Below are positions 48,601 to 62,025 of a stretch of 64,000 bases of DNA, piece after piece. This DNA comes from Amphiscolops sp. MND2022 (Eukaryota): positions 61,070,001-61,134,000 of the forward strand of contig OZ076410.1 in the NCBI GenBank assembly GCA_964187785.1, in the 5' to 3' direction. Within the stretch, counting starts at the first letter, position 1. Each line of letters opens with the position of its first letter. Both the position numbers and the translations under genes were made by a program. Under the pieces are notes generated by a model. That model saw nothing but the letters and a program-made list of their open reading frames with translations. It ran no database searches and had not been told where the DNA came from.

Positions 48601-50824
48601 TTTAAAAAAGGAACACTAGTTTTTTGCTGACTATGAAAGGGTTCGACGAAACCTCTAAAAAAAATTTTGAAATAATTTTTACATCTCTATTGCAGCCATT
48701 AAACTACCGGTTCTTGTTAACAAAAACTCGATCCTAAACTACTTTAGACGCAACAAATAGGCTCTACATTGCGAAAATCAGACGTATAATTTTGTTAGTA
48801 GAACCGTTCGAGAAGATTCAAAAACTGATTATTCCGGCTGGATAGAACTGATCAATTTCATTGCAAGTGAATAAAAATTGTGTACTACATGTGAAATCCC
48901 TACGACACACAAAAAAAAACAAACTTTTTTTGCTCCAGTACTAAGGATCCCTCTTCAAAAGCCTAGTGCTTTTAGGGGTCCTTTTCAGGGGCTTCTTTTT
49001 AAATTTGTTTAATTCAATTTATTGTCTGTTATTTAGGCCCTCTGATAAATTGAATTATTATTATTCTTATAAATTGCCTCGGGAGTTCTTCAAAATCACA
49101 AAAATTTTCTTTGGCAACCCTGTAAAACTTGAAATCATTTCCAGCAGTTCCAACGAGGGTATCGCGTGCTTTTTTGTTTTCTTTTTTGTGCCACTCAAAT
49201 TTTGCGGGATTAGAATCCAAACAACGCCATGATAAGGGCGCCCAGTTTTTCGTTGGAAACGGTTTTTCAATCGGATGCAAAGAAGCTGGTCTTTTGAATC
49301 TAAACAATATCGATTTTTATTATCTCATATCATACTAAACTAGCATCTACTAAAAAACGGTCTTTTTCCAAACACGTCAGGTTTAGTTTAACCGGCATGG
49401 TGCGATTGTGTTTTCATTTTCAAAACTAAAGGTACAGCTCAGTAGTTTCAAGAAGATTTAGTTAGGAGTCTTTTGTGTTCCAGTTACTTTCCGGCACAGT
49501 TTTGAAATTGTGCCCCCCTCTGAATTTTTAAAATATTTTGCGTTTTTGAGGCTTACCGGGAGTCAATTGGAGACATTCCCGTCTTTTGGTTTAACTTAAA
49601 TTAATGGCAACTCTCCGGTGGAACTCGTAGTTCATTTAAACAAAAAACGTTACGACTCTATAAAATGGTAACGACGATGTAAAAACTGGACGCATGGATG
49701 GTACTTCACTGGGATCGTGTTTTGCAGACTGTTTGGATTTTTTTGTGGATCCTCCACCAATTTAATCCACCCAGTTAAGCGATCAAATTGCACTATTTTA
49801 TACCTTTAACTGCCACTGAATCTCATCGCTCGTATTGGAGGAATTAGATTTTTTGCGCGTACACTGGGGGGTTCATTAGGAGAAAAGATCTGACGGTTTC
49901 AAGTTCAAGATGTCCACCAAGTGGAAGGGTGTCTACTGAGAACGAACCCTCCAAATGGATGGTTTGTACATGCACCAACATCCCCGTATACCAATGTTGC
50001 TCCCCTAGTTGGGATGCCAGGGCAGCCCATCAATGGGCCATCGCATTCCCATCGATGGTCCCCCGACCTTTTTGCCAGGGTATAAAAACACCTTTCTAAG
50101 GGACTTCTATGAAAAAGATTGGAAATAAATAATTTACATGACAGTGCTCAAGAGAATGCTCGGAATAAAAGAAATGTACCAGGAATCGACTGACGGATTC
50201 CCAAATACAATCCATAACAAACAGTAGCATCTCGAAATTCTAACTTGAAAAATTGTAACAAAAAAATAATAAACCTTCGATGCAGATGACATTCCCAAAA
50301 CGGAACACCCAAATATCTGAAAAAAAAAGAAGTACAATTGAAACAGAATGAAACTAAAAAATCTGAATTATACAAAAATTTGACCTTCAAAACACGGAAT
50401 TCTGATCAGAAAAACGGTAGTTTTTCTCTGCAAAATCAAAAAAACTGACAAAACTGCAAAAATACGCAACAAAATACGGTGGAATAGAGCTTTAATTTCT
50501 GGGAAAACCATCTGCTTGTAGGAAAATAGAAGATCTGAAATATGCAAAATTTGACCTTCAAAATACGGAAATCTGGTCAAAAATACGGTAGTTTTCCTCA
50601 GGAAATGAAAAAAAACCTGACTGAAATTTTGAGGCCTCTGCTGGCCAACTGAAATCCAGTCGACACTCGCAGGGCTGCCATCAAGCAGGTCTGACCGTAA
50701 AACAATCCATCTACCCCAAAGATACCTGAAAAGACCTGAAAATATTTTCCTATCAAGCGGCTTGAGGAAAAACGGTGACGAAAAGCGTCCTTAATGCTAC
50801 CCGGGTCATTAAGGTAACTCAAAC

Positions 50825-53535
50825 AACCGAAAAATATGGAGAGACACGGGGAACAGCAATAATGTCTAAGGAATAACGTCTAAAGGAAAAACATCTAAAT
50901 GTGAAATGAACGAGAATATCGTGTAAAAAAACGGGAATAACGTCTAAAAAGTGGAATAACGTCTAAGAAGCGGAAAAACGTCTGAAGAGAAGAATAACGT
51001 CTAAAAAGAAGAATAACGTCTAAAAAGAGAAATAACGTCTAAAATGTCAGAAAATCATGAAAATTCGTCTTAAAGGCGCAATAACCTTTAAATTGTCAGA
51101 AAATCATCAGAATACGTCTGAAAAGCGGAAAAACGTCCAAAATGCCAAAAACACAAGAACAACCGAATTTTTTGAATTCAATGCCAATCAATTAGTTGAA
51201 AGTAGCAAGTTTATTCTCAATTGCAGTGTTACCTTTCAAACATTTTGGCTCTTCAACGCAAAATGCGCACAACATATGACCACAAAGGATCGCACAATAT
51301 GCAAAATTTTCAATTTCACTCATGCAACAGATATTGAAATCAGTCAAATCATACTCAGTATATTCCAATTGAGTATCGAAATACTCAATGGTTGCATCAC
51401 ACTCGTTGTCATTTTCATCTTCTTGTTCATCAAACTCTACCTCCTTGAAAGTTATCATATTGGCAAAAGACTTTTCTGTTGAATGGCTGACGACACTTAG
51501 AAAATCTGTAGGATTGTGTCGGACAGCTGAAAGCTTGCCTTCGGCCTCAGATATGAAAGGGTCACTGGCTTTTGATTCGTCGCGCTTGATTTTACGTCTC
51601 AGTTGCCCTTCATTTAGTTTTAATTTGAATTCACGTTTCTATAAAAAAACAGTGTTATAAACATAATAAAAGCAGTTTGTTCAAGCAGGTAAACAGATGG
51701 AAATGAAGAAGGGGGAAAATAGTCATATTTCAAAAAAAGACTGGTTTAACAGTCTTTGTTGTCCGAGTATAGCGACTGTAGGTTTTCGCAAATGCAAGCA
51801 GCGTTACCACGCTGGACTGCAATAGCAAGTCTTTGACGGCGGAAGGCTGGTTCTAATGTGTTCCCGGAGACTAAACTCATCCGTCTTCCCAGGTTTTCAG
51901 GAATTTAAATGAATCTGGGCCGATGCGGCCGAGTGATTCAATTGCAAAAGGCTGTACACTATAATTTTGCTCCAATTCTTGATAAATTCTCAATTTTTTA
52001 GACTCCGCTCGTTCTGCGACAATTGCTCCAACAAGATTACTCAACCCTGTATAAGAGGCTGCATGTCGGTAAACACAGGTGAAATCTCAAACTAAAGCCT
52101 TGCCCCTACTGTAGGGGATTAATAATAAACCTTCATTTAATTGGTTGGCTTCTAATTTATATGACCGGGCGACTGATTTCAGTCTAGTTGAAAAACCAGA
52201 AATTTGTTTTTTAACGGCCAATTCTTTTAGCAAAAGCACAATGGAACCCTTCAACTTCTGAATTTGTTCTTCTTGTTTGGCCAAAAACCGGTAAAATTTC
52301 AGGAGTGATGTTATCAATCCAATATTACTCAACATAGCAAAAGAACTCATCCATGTTTTGGCAATTTTTGATGGGACCTAAAAGAAGTCTTTGGTAATAG
52401 TCCATTAAAAGTTGTTGGAAACAAGCTGGCAGGGAGCATCGAAAGTACCATTGTCATTTTTAGCCAAGATAGGACCAGTTTATCTTTCCATGCCGACAGC
52501 CCTATCTGCTGCCAATTTTTCGAAATATTTTTTCACTAATGGAAATGACATCTTTCACGACAGTTCTGAAGCTGTGACTCAGAGAGCCTAAAAGGGCCAT
52601 CTCGAAGTCGGATGTCGATTAGGCAGGTTTCAAGTATGGGATCAAAATTCTAACTGACAGAAAGACGGCATCATATAAGAGTCTCGATTTACTGGTCATT
52701 AGTAAGAAAATGCAAGGAACCGTTGTGTCGAGGATCACACAATGAATAAGTACCAGCTGATAGAAGTCCATCGGAACTGTTTCAAAAAAACCATCAACAT
52801 GCACCTGCTCAACTTTTTTTGGAAATTGCATGGTCAATTTCGGGAACGATAGTCAACGCAAAATCACTGTTCGCCGTGAAGAAGCAAACAAAGCACCGTT
52901 CGTCTTCAATTTGTCCAAAATCACTCGAATTCAATATTTCGTGGAAACGCACCTATCCTTCGGTACTGCTGGGAACGTTGTCGCTCTCCTTTTTTTCTCA
53001 TTGTGGAGGAAATTTTATGATAAGGTAAAACTTCGCAAAAGTCAGATTTGAAGTTGAGCATTATAGATCTTTCTGGGCGCCAGTGCTGTTTTTTTCATTT
53101 TCATTTTTGACTTTCGACTCTATCTTCATTTTTTCATTCAAATTCTGTTGTTCGGTGTGCATGTGACTTTACATTACAAAAACTTTTCCATTTTCAATGT
53201 AGTCAGTCACCTTACAGCCAAATTTGTGACTTTGACAACGTAAATATATCTTTCCTTTAAAGATGTTATTTTAAGATACAAATACCCACCCATCAGACAC
53301 ATAGACATTTGCACCTTTTCGGTGGCCTTCGATTATTTCATAGTCTATTCCTGAAAGATAAGAGCAAGAAAAGAGATTTTCAGCAAAGGAAACAATATTT
53401 CAAAATTGGGAATAATGAATAATATCTAAAAAACGGGAATAACGTCTGAATCTTTGAATGTTATTCCCAAAAAATGAGTAAAATTTGGACGTTATTCCTT
53501 TAACCGTTGTTCCTTAAACGATATTTCGGCCCCTA
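50825..53535 (-). mobile_element. Mutator-like (MULE) DNA transposon relic with a C-terminal acidic/RING-like region
   Basis: VHVDGFFETVPMDFYQLVLIH...PCIFLLMTSKS..LYDAVF followed by DFEMAL (MULE DDE core) at ~52600-52840; degenerate RING (ICC...LCGHMLCAFC...C) at 51192-51340. Boundaries are tentative. Confidence 0.7.
50860..51050 (+). repeat. ~19-bp minisatellite (GAATAACGTCTAAAAAGAA)n
   Basis: About 8 degenerate units; the motif recurs near 53435 and inverted near 53480, suggesting subterminal repeats of the MULE. Confidence 0.75.
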
Positions 53536-53559
53536 GATAGACACGATCATAGAAAATCA

Positions 53560-56410
53560 ACCAAGTTTCCAGCGCTATTCGAGTTTTTCAGACATGTCAA
53601 TTTTTCAGCTCCTTGGATGGACCATCATCGACCCATCGATGGGAATAAAATCAACTGCAAAAGCCTCCGGAACAAATTTCTTGAGGTGTCAACTTCTACT
53701 GTTCTGGCATGCCCGTCTCCGCAGAGTAAAAGTTTCGTTCATCTGCGGATGCGCCAACTGTGACGAGGAAGATTCTCATTAAGTGGAATAACGTCGTTTT
53801 GTTCCGGCGATAATTTCGATGAGTTGCTCTGTGTATTGGAATACTGACGCATATCGATTAAATATTCATTTGACCACACGCCCCAACACTGATCCACTAG
53901 TGTCTTCAAAAATTGTTGACGTTTCTGAAGTGTCTGGCTGCTGTTTTCTGGGAAACTGACTGCGCTCCCCAATAATAGGCTTCTTCCATGAGGAGTCAGT
54001 GGAAGATATCCCTTTTAAGTGTCGTCCATGTACAGGTATGTCAACGGGCGACTGTTCAGTTCTGCTTCGACCTCGGTGACTGCTGTGACCAATTCGTCGT
54101 AAACAATGACATTACGTCCCAACACATTTCGTGGTGACTCGTTGACTGTTTTGACTTCTTCATTTGCACCACTGAAGATTTATTCAGCCGTTTTCCAAAA
54201 ATACTGGAGAAGATGTTCCACGACTCGCTACAAACCTTTTGAATGGTTTTTAATGATGTTACTGTGAGGCCCTGCGTGACCTCTAAGTGTACCGTACCGC
54301 CATCGATGACGTACAAGTGAAAAGACAAATGTATGCTTGTTGCTACCAACATCCGGCTGGATATACCTAAGGTACACTGGTCCTGCAAAATCTATCCCGA
54401 CATCGGTGAACGCTGGTGCCTCTGACAATCTTTTTATAGGCAAGATAGCTTCCTCTCGATCCTTATAGGTTTTCCGAGAAAAACGTTTGCAAAAAAATGC
54501 ATTTGCTAGCCACACGAGGTATGTGCTGCCTTGCCTTGACTACTCAAAACTTCTCTCGCAGAACAATCACTTTGCAACGCTCATACCCGTTCTTTAATTA
54601 CCGTGGTGATGCGTGATGATCCGACTAGTATTGTATTCCCCTGCTGGTAGAAAAACTTATTTCCTCGCATCGTAGGAACGAAACCCCGCTTCCTCCAATC
54701 TCGTTTTTCACCTGATCAGCCTCTACACTGATAGAAAAGTCGCTGCTCTTTGACCCTAGATGGGTGTACACCTGCATTGATCTTTAGAAACTTTGGTTCC
54801 TCCAGGAAAACGGCACTTTGAACCGCTGCAAGAACTGTTCCCTCTGCCTTGCGCTGCCCTCTCCTGAACCTTAGTTTCCTCGAACTCTCCAAAACAACTA
54901 AAAAAGCCTCAACTACCTGAACCAATTTATTGAACTTGCTGTAAAGTTTATACTAAACTACATTCAGAAGACTGAAAACTTGAATTTCATCCAAGATTAC
55001 CGATCTTGCAACGTGTCGCTCTTCCTCGGCCTCCTCTAAAAACCACCGACTTTCCTTGTCAGTCAAAGAACCTGGCCCTTGCCACCAAAGCTGGCTCGCC
55101 TGAATTTCACCAACCCTCAAGCCACCAGACGGAATGTCTGCCGGAATGTCCACCGAAGAGACAATGCCAAGACTCCACCTGTGTGAAGTTACTGGTCTCG
55201 ATCAACCTGCGTTGAACAAACTGCCCGCAGTTCGCTGCCAAAGATCTGATCCGAGCCAAAACGATGACTGAATCCGACCAGAAGTGGGAACCTGAAACCA
55301 CTTCTCCCAAGAGCACCTATCAAAATTTCGCAAAGTATAGCAGCTAACACCGCGGCAATCAATTCCATTCTGGGATTGTGTTTGTTTTCAACCTGCAAAA
55401 TTTCGTTTTCGATGAAATCAGAAACGTTTTGACATCTCCGTTCAGGACCGACCTACCATAAAACGCAACTGCCCAGACTCGCTTTGAAGCATCTGAAGAA
55501 GTATGCAACTCAATGGAATACCTACATTTGGTCTCCAAATACTGTCTCGGAATATATAACATAGCTGATCTCCACTCACGACTGTTCTCAATCTAACGAC
55601 TGTTTCCAGAGACCCTGTATAGCCAACTTAAGTTCCACCACCACTGGTGAAACTAACCCCAACGGACCCTAGTCACTAGAAGCCAGGCCTAGAACAATCA
55701 TTTTTGTGATTTTGTTTTGCTCAGCTACTTTCTCCACCAGTGTGGAAAAATGAAAGAATTGTTCATCTTTCTGCTCCGGATATGAAAAACCCAACACTTT
55801 CATAAGATCCTGTTGTTCAATTTTCCTGTCCGCTAGTTCCTTCTCATCCATGGTAATGTGAACTCTCGAATCAATCGTCACACACTTCCAAAGTTTCATG
55901 CCAACTTGCCCAATGATTTCATTCGAAACTGAAATCAGAGATTCAGCCTCTTTCACACAGGGAACACTCAATGTCAAATCGTCGATGTAGAAACTATCAG
56001 TTAGAGCTTCCAACAGAACCCTCTGTTCAGCTTCGACTGTCGTTTCCAGCCACCTCCTCAAGTGCAACCTAATTGTTGCGTTCAACAACAAAGGATTGCA
56101 AACAAACCAGAAGACCACCCTCAAATGCCTGTAGACTTTGGCTCCATCCTACCCTCCAAAGCATTCTTATACCAAAGAACCATCAATGCGTCCATGTCAT
56201 CTGGATTTTGACGCAGACCTGAAGTAATGCTTTTTCAGTATCTGCCGGATTAGTCAACTGGAACAATTTAAACGGCAACAGAATAGCGGACAGTGAAACC
56301 AACAAGTTTATCCTCTTAGAAAGACTATCCCCGATACAAAAATCGAATTCAGAAGACTTCGGCCTCCATCTAAAATCACTCAAAGCTCTGTGTTAGCTTT
56401 ATCTTCTCAA
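53560..56410 (-). mobile_element. Old BEL/Pao pol remnant (RT, RNase H/Pao peptidase, integrase, DUF5641-like end)
   Basis: ADTEKALLQV, LLLNATIRLHL...SFYIDDL, LHTSSDASKR, VGIDFAGP, EYLIDMRQ...PRHSW motifs in BEL order with many stops. Confidence 0.85.
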
Positions 56411-57687
56411 ACAATTGCCCAAACTCCCAGAGTCGTCACAAGGGCCCAATCTCACAGAGACACAAAAGCCCAATCTCCCAGAGACACAATAGCCCAATCT
56501 CCCAGAGACACAGTAGCCCAATTTCCCAGAGACACAGTAGCCCAATTTCCCAGAGACACAGTAGCCCAATCTCCCAGAGACACAGTAGCCCAATCTCCCA
56601 GAGACACAGTAGCCCAATCTCCCAGAGTCACAATAGCCCAATCTCCCAGAGACACGAAATCAGAGACTCCAAGATCCAGTTCTTGGGCAATCTTCTGTTG
56701 TCTACCAACGAGTCGTCTTCTTCTAGTCCGGGTCCTCCACCAACGAGTTGTCCGGGTCGGCGGACCGAAACTAACGGCTGCTTGCCCTTATCCTGCGCTG
56801 AGGCTTGACAAGCTTTACGCCGCCCTGATCCGTTGCTTAGTGCTGTGGGCCGTCACTAAACAAATCCTGGTTTCTTGTTTTAAAGGACTGTATGTTTTGG
56901 CTTGATGGGTCCGATGTGACCCGTGGAATCTTCTGCGATTCCTCTTTGCACTGATTTGGATCCGATGTGATCCGTAACACACTTCCTTCACAGTATCTTC
57001 ACGCGCTCCGGCTCTCCAACTATGAGAGTGGCTACTTAGTCGCTCTGACTCTAGCGAAAAGTTGTGAGGATTGAGAAGTTGATTAACTAGTCTCTTGGTC
57101 CTAAGACCCAACTTGACTATAGCTATTCAGTGGAGAAAATCTCTATCTAATAATGGTATACATGTCGTTTACAATTCTACAGTAAAAATAAGCAAATATC
57201 AGTTAAAATATGTTGTATAAATAAATGACATTTAAAGCATAAAATGAACTTATTGGCGAAGTAAACAAACTATGTGGTGGTTTTGGCATGTTGGTTAGGT
57301 GGGCTAGAAAGTATGTTCACACAATGTAATTATCATCAGTTTCAACAGAGTTACATTCTAATGTTGTCATATAGGTAAATAACAAAGTTTACATTTTTGG
57401 TTCAATGACCTTGAATACTACACATGTGAGGGGTAAAGGGGGTAATAATGGGTGGATGACCTTGAAACTTGACCGGTGTGTTTGTGTTGTGTATCTGCAT
57501 ATGTGTGCCAAGTTTCGTGGCTCTAGAGTTAATATTCTTGGAGAAAACCCATTTGGGGTGGTTTCCATTTTTGTGATGATTGGAACTTGTTCAAATTTTC
57601 ATCTAAAATTTTAAGAGTTTAAGTCTTGTTACTCAAGCACCATGTTCTGAATCGAGTTTTTTCGCCTGCTGATGACTGGCGCCAACA
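56411..57687 (-). repeat. Left terminal repeat of the young BEL element (LTR, possibly plus leader)
   Basis: Highly similar to 62026-63286; its left end abuts the old BEL RT with no TSD or CA terminus. Confidence 0.8.
56415..56660. repeat. 24-bp tandem repeat (CCCAATCTCCCAGAGACACAGTAG), 10 units
   Basis: Direct inspection; the counterpart at 62030-62250 has 9 units. Confidence 0.95.
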
Positions 57688-58811
57688 TTGCCGGCCCTGT
57701 TTTTCTCCCGAAAAACACTTTCGTAGAACATGGGTGCCAGTTTCACTACTGGTCTTTTGAGTTTTCCATCTTCCGTTTTCACCAGCGCTGATCTCACTCG
57801 CCCATCGCTTCCATGATAGACTTCGATCACTCTCCCTATCTTGTAGTGTGCTCTTTTCACATTTTCATCTACTATCCAAACCAAATCATTGACTTCAAGT
57901 TGTCGAACCTCTTCTTTGATGCATTTTCCAAAAGAGTCACGTTGCTTCATCATTTCTTCCCATGATACAGCCGGCCCTATGCAAGGTCCAATTTTGCAGC
58001 TTGTTGTTGTTCGGGCTTTTGAAGAACCCATTCGCGTTTCCATCAGTGACATTTCGCTCGCAAATTCATCTGCCTTCATATTTGCATGTAGGATGCCATT
58101 TGTATTCAACTGAGCGCTTTCGTTCATTCCATGTAATCGAATTGAGATAGGTTCAAACTTCCAAGCTCGTTTCTCAAATTGCTTGCTGTGGCCAGTGCTC
58201 AGTTGAGTGTGCACGTTAGGGTTAGCTTGTGCCACTGCATCCATTCCCGAGTTTCTATTACCTAACCAGTTGTTACAATTTTCACTGTCGTTTGGAATAA
58301 TTTTGTCCAGCAGTTTTTCTTTCAGCTCAACATCATGTTTTCTCCGAATTACGGCTTTTGCTCCATCACTTGCTTTGTCTTTATACGGTTGTATGCGTTC
58401 CAACAAATCACTGGAGTGTCTTTGATAGATCACTTTCCCTCTTGAATATTCATGAAGTTCGTGATGACACTCGTTTACGAATTCAACCACTTTGTTCATT
58501 TGAGAACACTTTTTTCCCTCTTCAAGTGTTAAGGTCTTGGCAGCGAACTTCACGGCTTGCATTTGAGTTGGTTGCTTTTCTTCGACATGCTGTCGTACAG
58601 AGGCGACATCTATATTCTCTTTCACCTCTTTCAGCAAATCAAGCTTCACACTAAATTCTTCCAAGGTTCGGATGTTTGATGTAATTGCGACACGTTCATG
58701 TTCGTCCTTTTCTTCTGTAAATGAGAACTCCTTGTTCTTTTCTTGTTTGACAATGTTATGATCACCTGCAACAAGTTGCATTTCTTCTTGCCAGACTTGC
58801 TTGATTTCCAA
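57633..58811 (-). CDS. Chimeric ORF: unknown Glu/Lys-rich segment fused to the BEL integrase C-terminal (DUF5641-like) domain
   Basis: 392-aa ORF ending RQLEVNDLVWIVDE...GRVIEVYHGSDGRVRSALVKT...KRPVVKL; the preceding ~290 aa have no RT, RH or IN motifs. Confidence 0.6.
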   Translation of the reverse strand: MEIKQVWQEEMQLVAGDHNIVKQEKNKEFSFTEEKDEHERVAITSNIRTLEEFSVKLDLLKEVKENIDVASVRQHVEEKQPTQMQAVKFAAKTLTLEEGKKCSQMNKVVEFVNECHHELHEYSRGKVIYQRHSSDLLERIQPYKDKASDGAKAVIRRKHDVELKEKLLDKIIPNDSENCNNWLGNRNSGMDAVAQANPNVHTQLSTGHSKQFEKRAWKFEPISIRLHGMNESAQLNTNGILHANMKADEFASEMSLMETRMGSSKARTTTSCKIGPCIGPAVSWEEMMKQRDSFGKCIKEEVRQLEVNDLVWIVDENVKRAHYKIGRVIEVYHGSDGRVRSALVKTEDGKLKRPVVKLAPMFYESVFREKNRAGNVGASHQQAKKLDSEHGA

Positions 58812-59043
58812 GAGGAGGGATTTTAGTACTGAATTCCTGCCAGTTTCTTTCTACAACGAATATGTCTGGCGAGTTGTCCGTATTTTCCTTGGACATTTCG
58901 GATACGCTGCAGTGGGATGCATGCAATCCCATGCTCCCTCGAGTTTTCATTTGACCCGGTAATAGGTCCAGTTCTGCTGCGAACAAGCTTTCAGTTGCGA
59001 GTTTCGCACTTTCTTGTTGAGGCAAGGGTCCACTGAGCATCTA

Positions 59044-61993
59044 TCACAGCTTTGTTCGCACTGCCCAGGGTTTTGCGTTTCCACACTTTCTATAGTCGAC
59101 TGCTCTATGCAAGTGATAGCAATCTTGACACAAGGTGACTTTCACTTCTCCCAAGTTGATGGTAGAATCCCTCAAAATTGACAGGTGAGGATGTGTTTCC
59201 TTCAATTTCTTGAGATTGTACGTTCGATTTCCTGCATTCACTTCGGGATGACTATAGGCCATGATATTTTCTTTGACCTTTCCGTCTTGATCTCCAATCC
59301 TGACCCGCAGTCGTTTGCTACTAACATCTGACGTTCCATGAATCCCTGCAACATTCAGATCCACTGGCTGTCCCGTCAGATTTTGCGCTTTCATCAGACT
59401 ATCGTCCACAAATGACAGACTTGCTCCAGAGTCGCACAAAGCGAAAGTTTTCACAGTTTTGCTCCCACTCCCTATCGACACTGGAATGACTGGAAGCACA
59501 CCACTGCTTTTCATTGATAACAAGTTGGAGACCTCTTCAACATTTTCAACATTTTGCTTCTGTTCAACGTCCTTGTATGATCTGTGTAGCAATCTGTGAT
59601 GAGGTTTTCCGCAATCATTGACGTCGCAGAGTCTGCCCGAACAGTTTCTCATCTGATGAGCGTCTGACAAGCATTTGAAGCACAGCTTCAGTTCTTTCGC
59701 CTTTTGTCCTCTTTCTTCGACGTTCATCTTCTTGAATTTCTCACATTTCCATATCGGATGTTGACCATCTTTCAACACACACTCTCGCTGAGTTTTCGAA
59801 TTGTCATTTGCCGAGTTTGTTGCAGAGGTGGCGAACGTAGAGCCTTCGGCCCTTTCCTTGTAGCTCGTCTTTGCGCGATCAGCATTTGGGTTCGAATACA
59901 ATAGCAATTCATCTTGAACATCTGCTATATCATTGAGCCATTCACTGAACACAGCGAGTCCAGGTTGATACAGGTTCATTGCTTGACATAAGTGAGCCAC
60001 TTCGTTTTCATGTCCAATGTTAACTTCCTTGTGGCACTGCCCAGAACTCCTTCTGAGTTCAGGTCTCCCACGTAGTTGAATTGTGTCAGAACGTTCACAC
60101 AACTCGACACTATTCTCGCAAACTTGATCAATGCGGCTCCATCATAAGGTTTCATCGGGGGAAAGGAATAGATTCGCTTCAACTGGGCGTTCACAACCAT
60201 TTGAGGTTTTCCAAAGTTTCGAACTAGAAGGTTCCACGCCACATTGTACATCTCAGCAGTGTACCCCAGACCAGCAATCGCCTCTTTGGTTTTGCCCGTG
60301 ACCATTGTTTTCAGGTGATTCATCTTCACACTGTCGTCTATATTTGCTGCATGGACGGTTGCTTGGGATAGTTGTGACCACTCTGGCCACTCCAATGGGT
60401 CACCTGAGAATTCTGCCAGCTTCAGTTTTGGCAAGCTTGATCTTATGAAATAGTCGTCTCTCGCATTTGACGCTATGTTTGGCGCTTGACTTAGCAAATA
60501 CTGCTTCTGTGTGTTTGCAAGCTGTGGAACTTGAAATGCACTGCTCGCGTTGCCTGCATTCGTAGGTGGTACCCAGCTTTGGCCTGCCATAAGGGTCATT
60601 GACGGCTTCGATGTGGCGAATTTCACTTCTGGTTGTGCTGTTGCTCTTTGACTGCCAACTCCTATGACAGTCTTTGTTCTGTCCTTTCCAATATCTCGCA
60701 CAGAGGCTTCTGTGAATATGGTCGGTTTCACTGAGGGTTTCAAGTCCCTCACTAGCGCGGATCACTGTCCTTCATGCATCGATTGTACTGTAAATACTGG
60801 TGCTGAGACGGACGCTTGCTGGTATACAGATGGTACGTTAATCGACGATGCCACGTTCTCAGCTTCTTCTGTCTTGTCCATCCAGTCTGAGACTTTCGTC
60901 AAATTGTCGTCTGGTGACTCGACTGGTGAAATACTTCGCAAGCTGGTGCCACAACTACCTGAAAATTTCGCCAGTTCTATTTCCTTTTCTGCAATTATGG
61001 CCTTGCGGGCCACCTCACCTTGCAAGTCTGCTATTTCCATTTCCTTTTGTTTTGTTTCTCTTCCCAGTTTCTCCAGGCGGGATTGCAGTTCTTCTTGCTC
61101 TTTCAGAGTTTTTAGCTCCAAGTGTAGAACTCGTCTTGCGCTTGATGTTTTTGAAATCACAGACGTCTTGTTGCTTTTGGTTTTGTCACTTCGCGAATGC
61201 ATGCTCAATGCTTCAATTGGCAATGATCTAGCTTCGTTCATTGATTTTAGGCTGTCATTCACCTTGTTATCACCGTGTCCCTTTTGCTCATCGTCCGGTT
61301 GTGGTTCCTTTTGTGGTGAGGTACCATTTTACTGGATTTATCTGCTGCTGAGTTTACACGAGCGTCTGCCAGTCTTTGTTCAGCGTATTCAAGACTTCGC
61401 AAAATGGCTCCCTCGTCTCCTGCCTTCAGCAGAGTTTCAATTTTTGTTTTGATATCAGATCTTTTCTGGAGCAATTCTTGACATGCTGCAACATAATCTT
61501 CTTCGTTGGCGTCATTGCCATTTGCGATTGAATCTTCCCGCAACTTTTCGTTGCTAACCATTAGTTTATCAAAAGCACGTTTTTTTTCGTCAAGATCCAA
61601 ATAATTTAGTATCTCATTTTCATCCTGCAATGCTGACATCAGTATTTTTACCCTTCCAACGCTAGAGCTTCGCTGCTGTAACTCAACCCATCGGCACTGC
61701 ATTGCTCTGTTCACTGCTGAGAACATTTCGGGAATCTGCGGTTGGTACTTGACTTTGATTGCATTTTCGACTGCTTTAATGAGCCGATATCTGCTGTTTA
61801 TGGCATCTGTTCGTCTTAGCAAATCTGCTATCTGCTTGTGGTCAACATTGCTAGCTAGGTTCTCATCAATTTCTTTGACAGTCTTACCGTGTTCGACAGC
61901 TGCATTCCAATAACTCATTATTTGGGCTTTGTCAGCAGAGTTTTTCAGGAAGTTTTCGATTTTGTTGATATCGAACCGTTTAGGTTCTGCCAT
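59044..61993 (-). pseudogene. BEL gag-protease (frameshifted into four ORFs)
   Basis: LPKLKLAEFSGDPLEWPEW (DUF1759-like); three BEL Cys-His motifs including CFKCLSDAHQMRNC and CDVNDCGKPHHRLLH; ALCDSGASLSF protease. Confidence 0.88.
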
Positions 61994-62025
61994 TTTTTCA
62001 CTTGACCAAAACAGTTCCCAACGTC

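Noticed and set aside
50860-51050. CRISPR-like appearance of short repeats (also the 24-bp arrays)
   Set aside because: Units are contiguous without unique spacers, there are no cas genes, and the context is eukaryotic.
56390-56905. QSPRDTVA / SLGDWATV / GYCVSGRL repeat proteins (also at 61929-62496)
   Set aside because: The 24-bp unit is open in several frames on both strands, so openness is uninformative.
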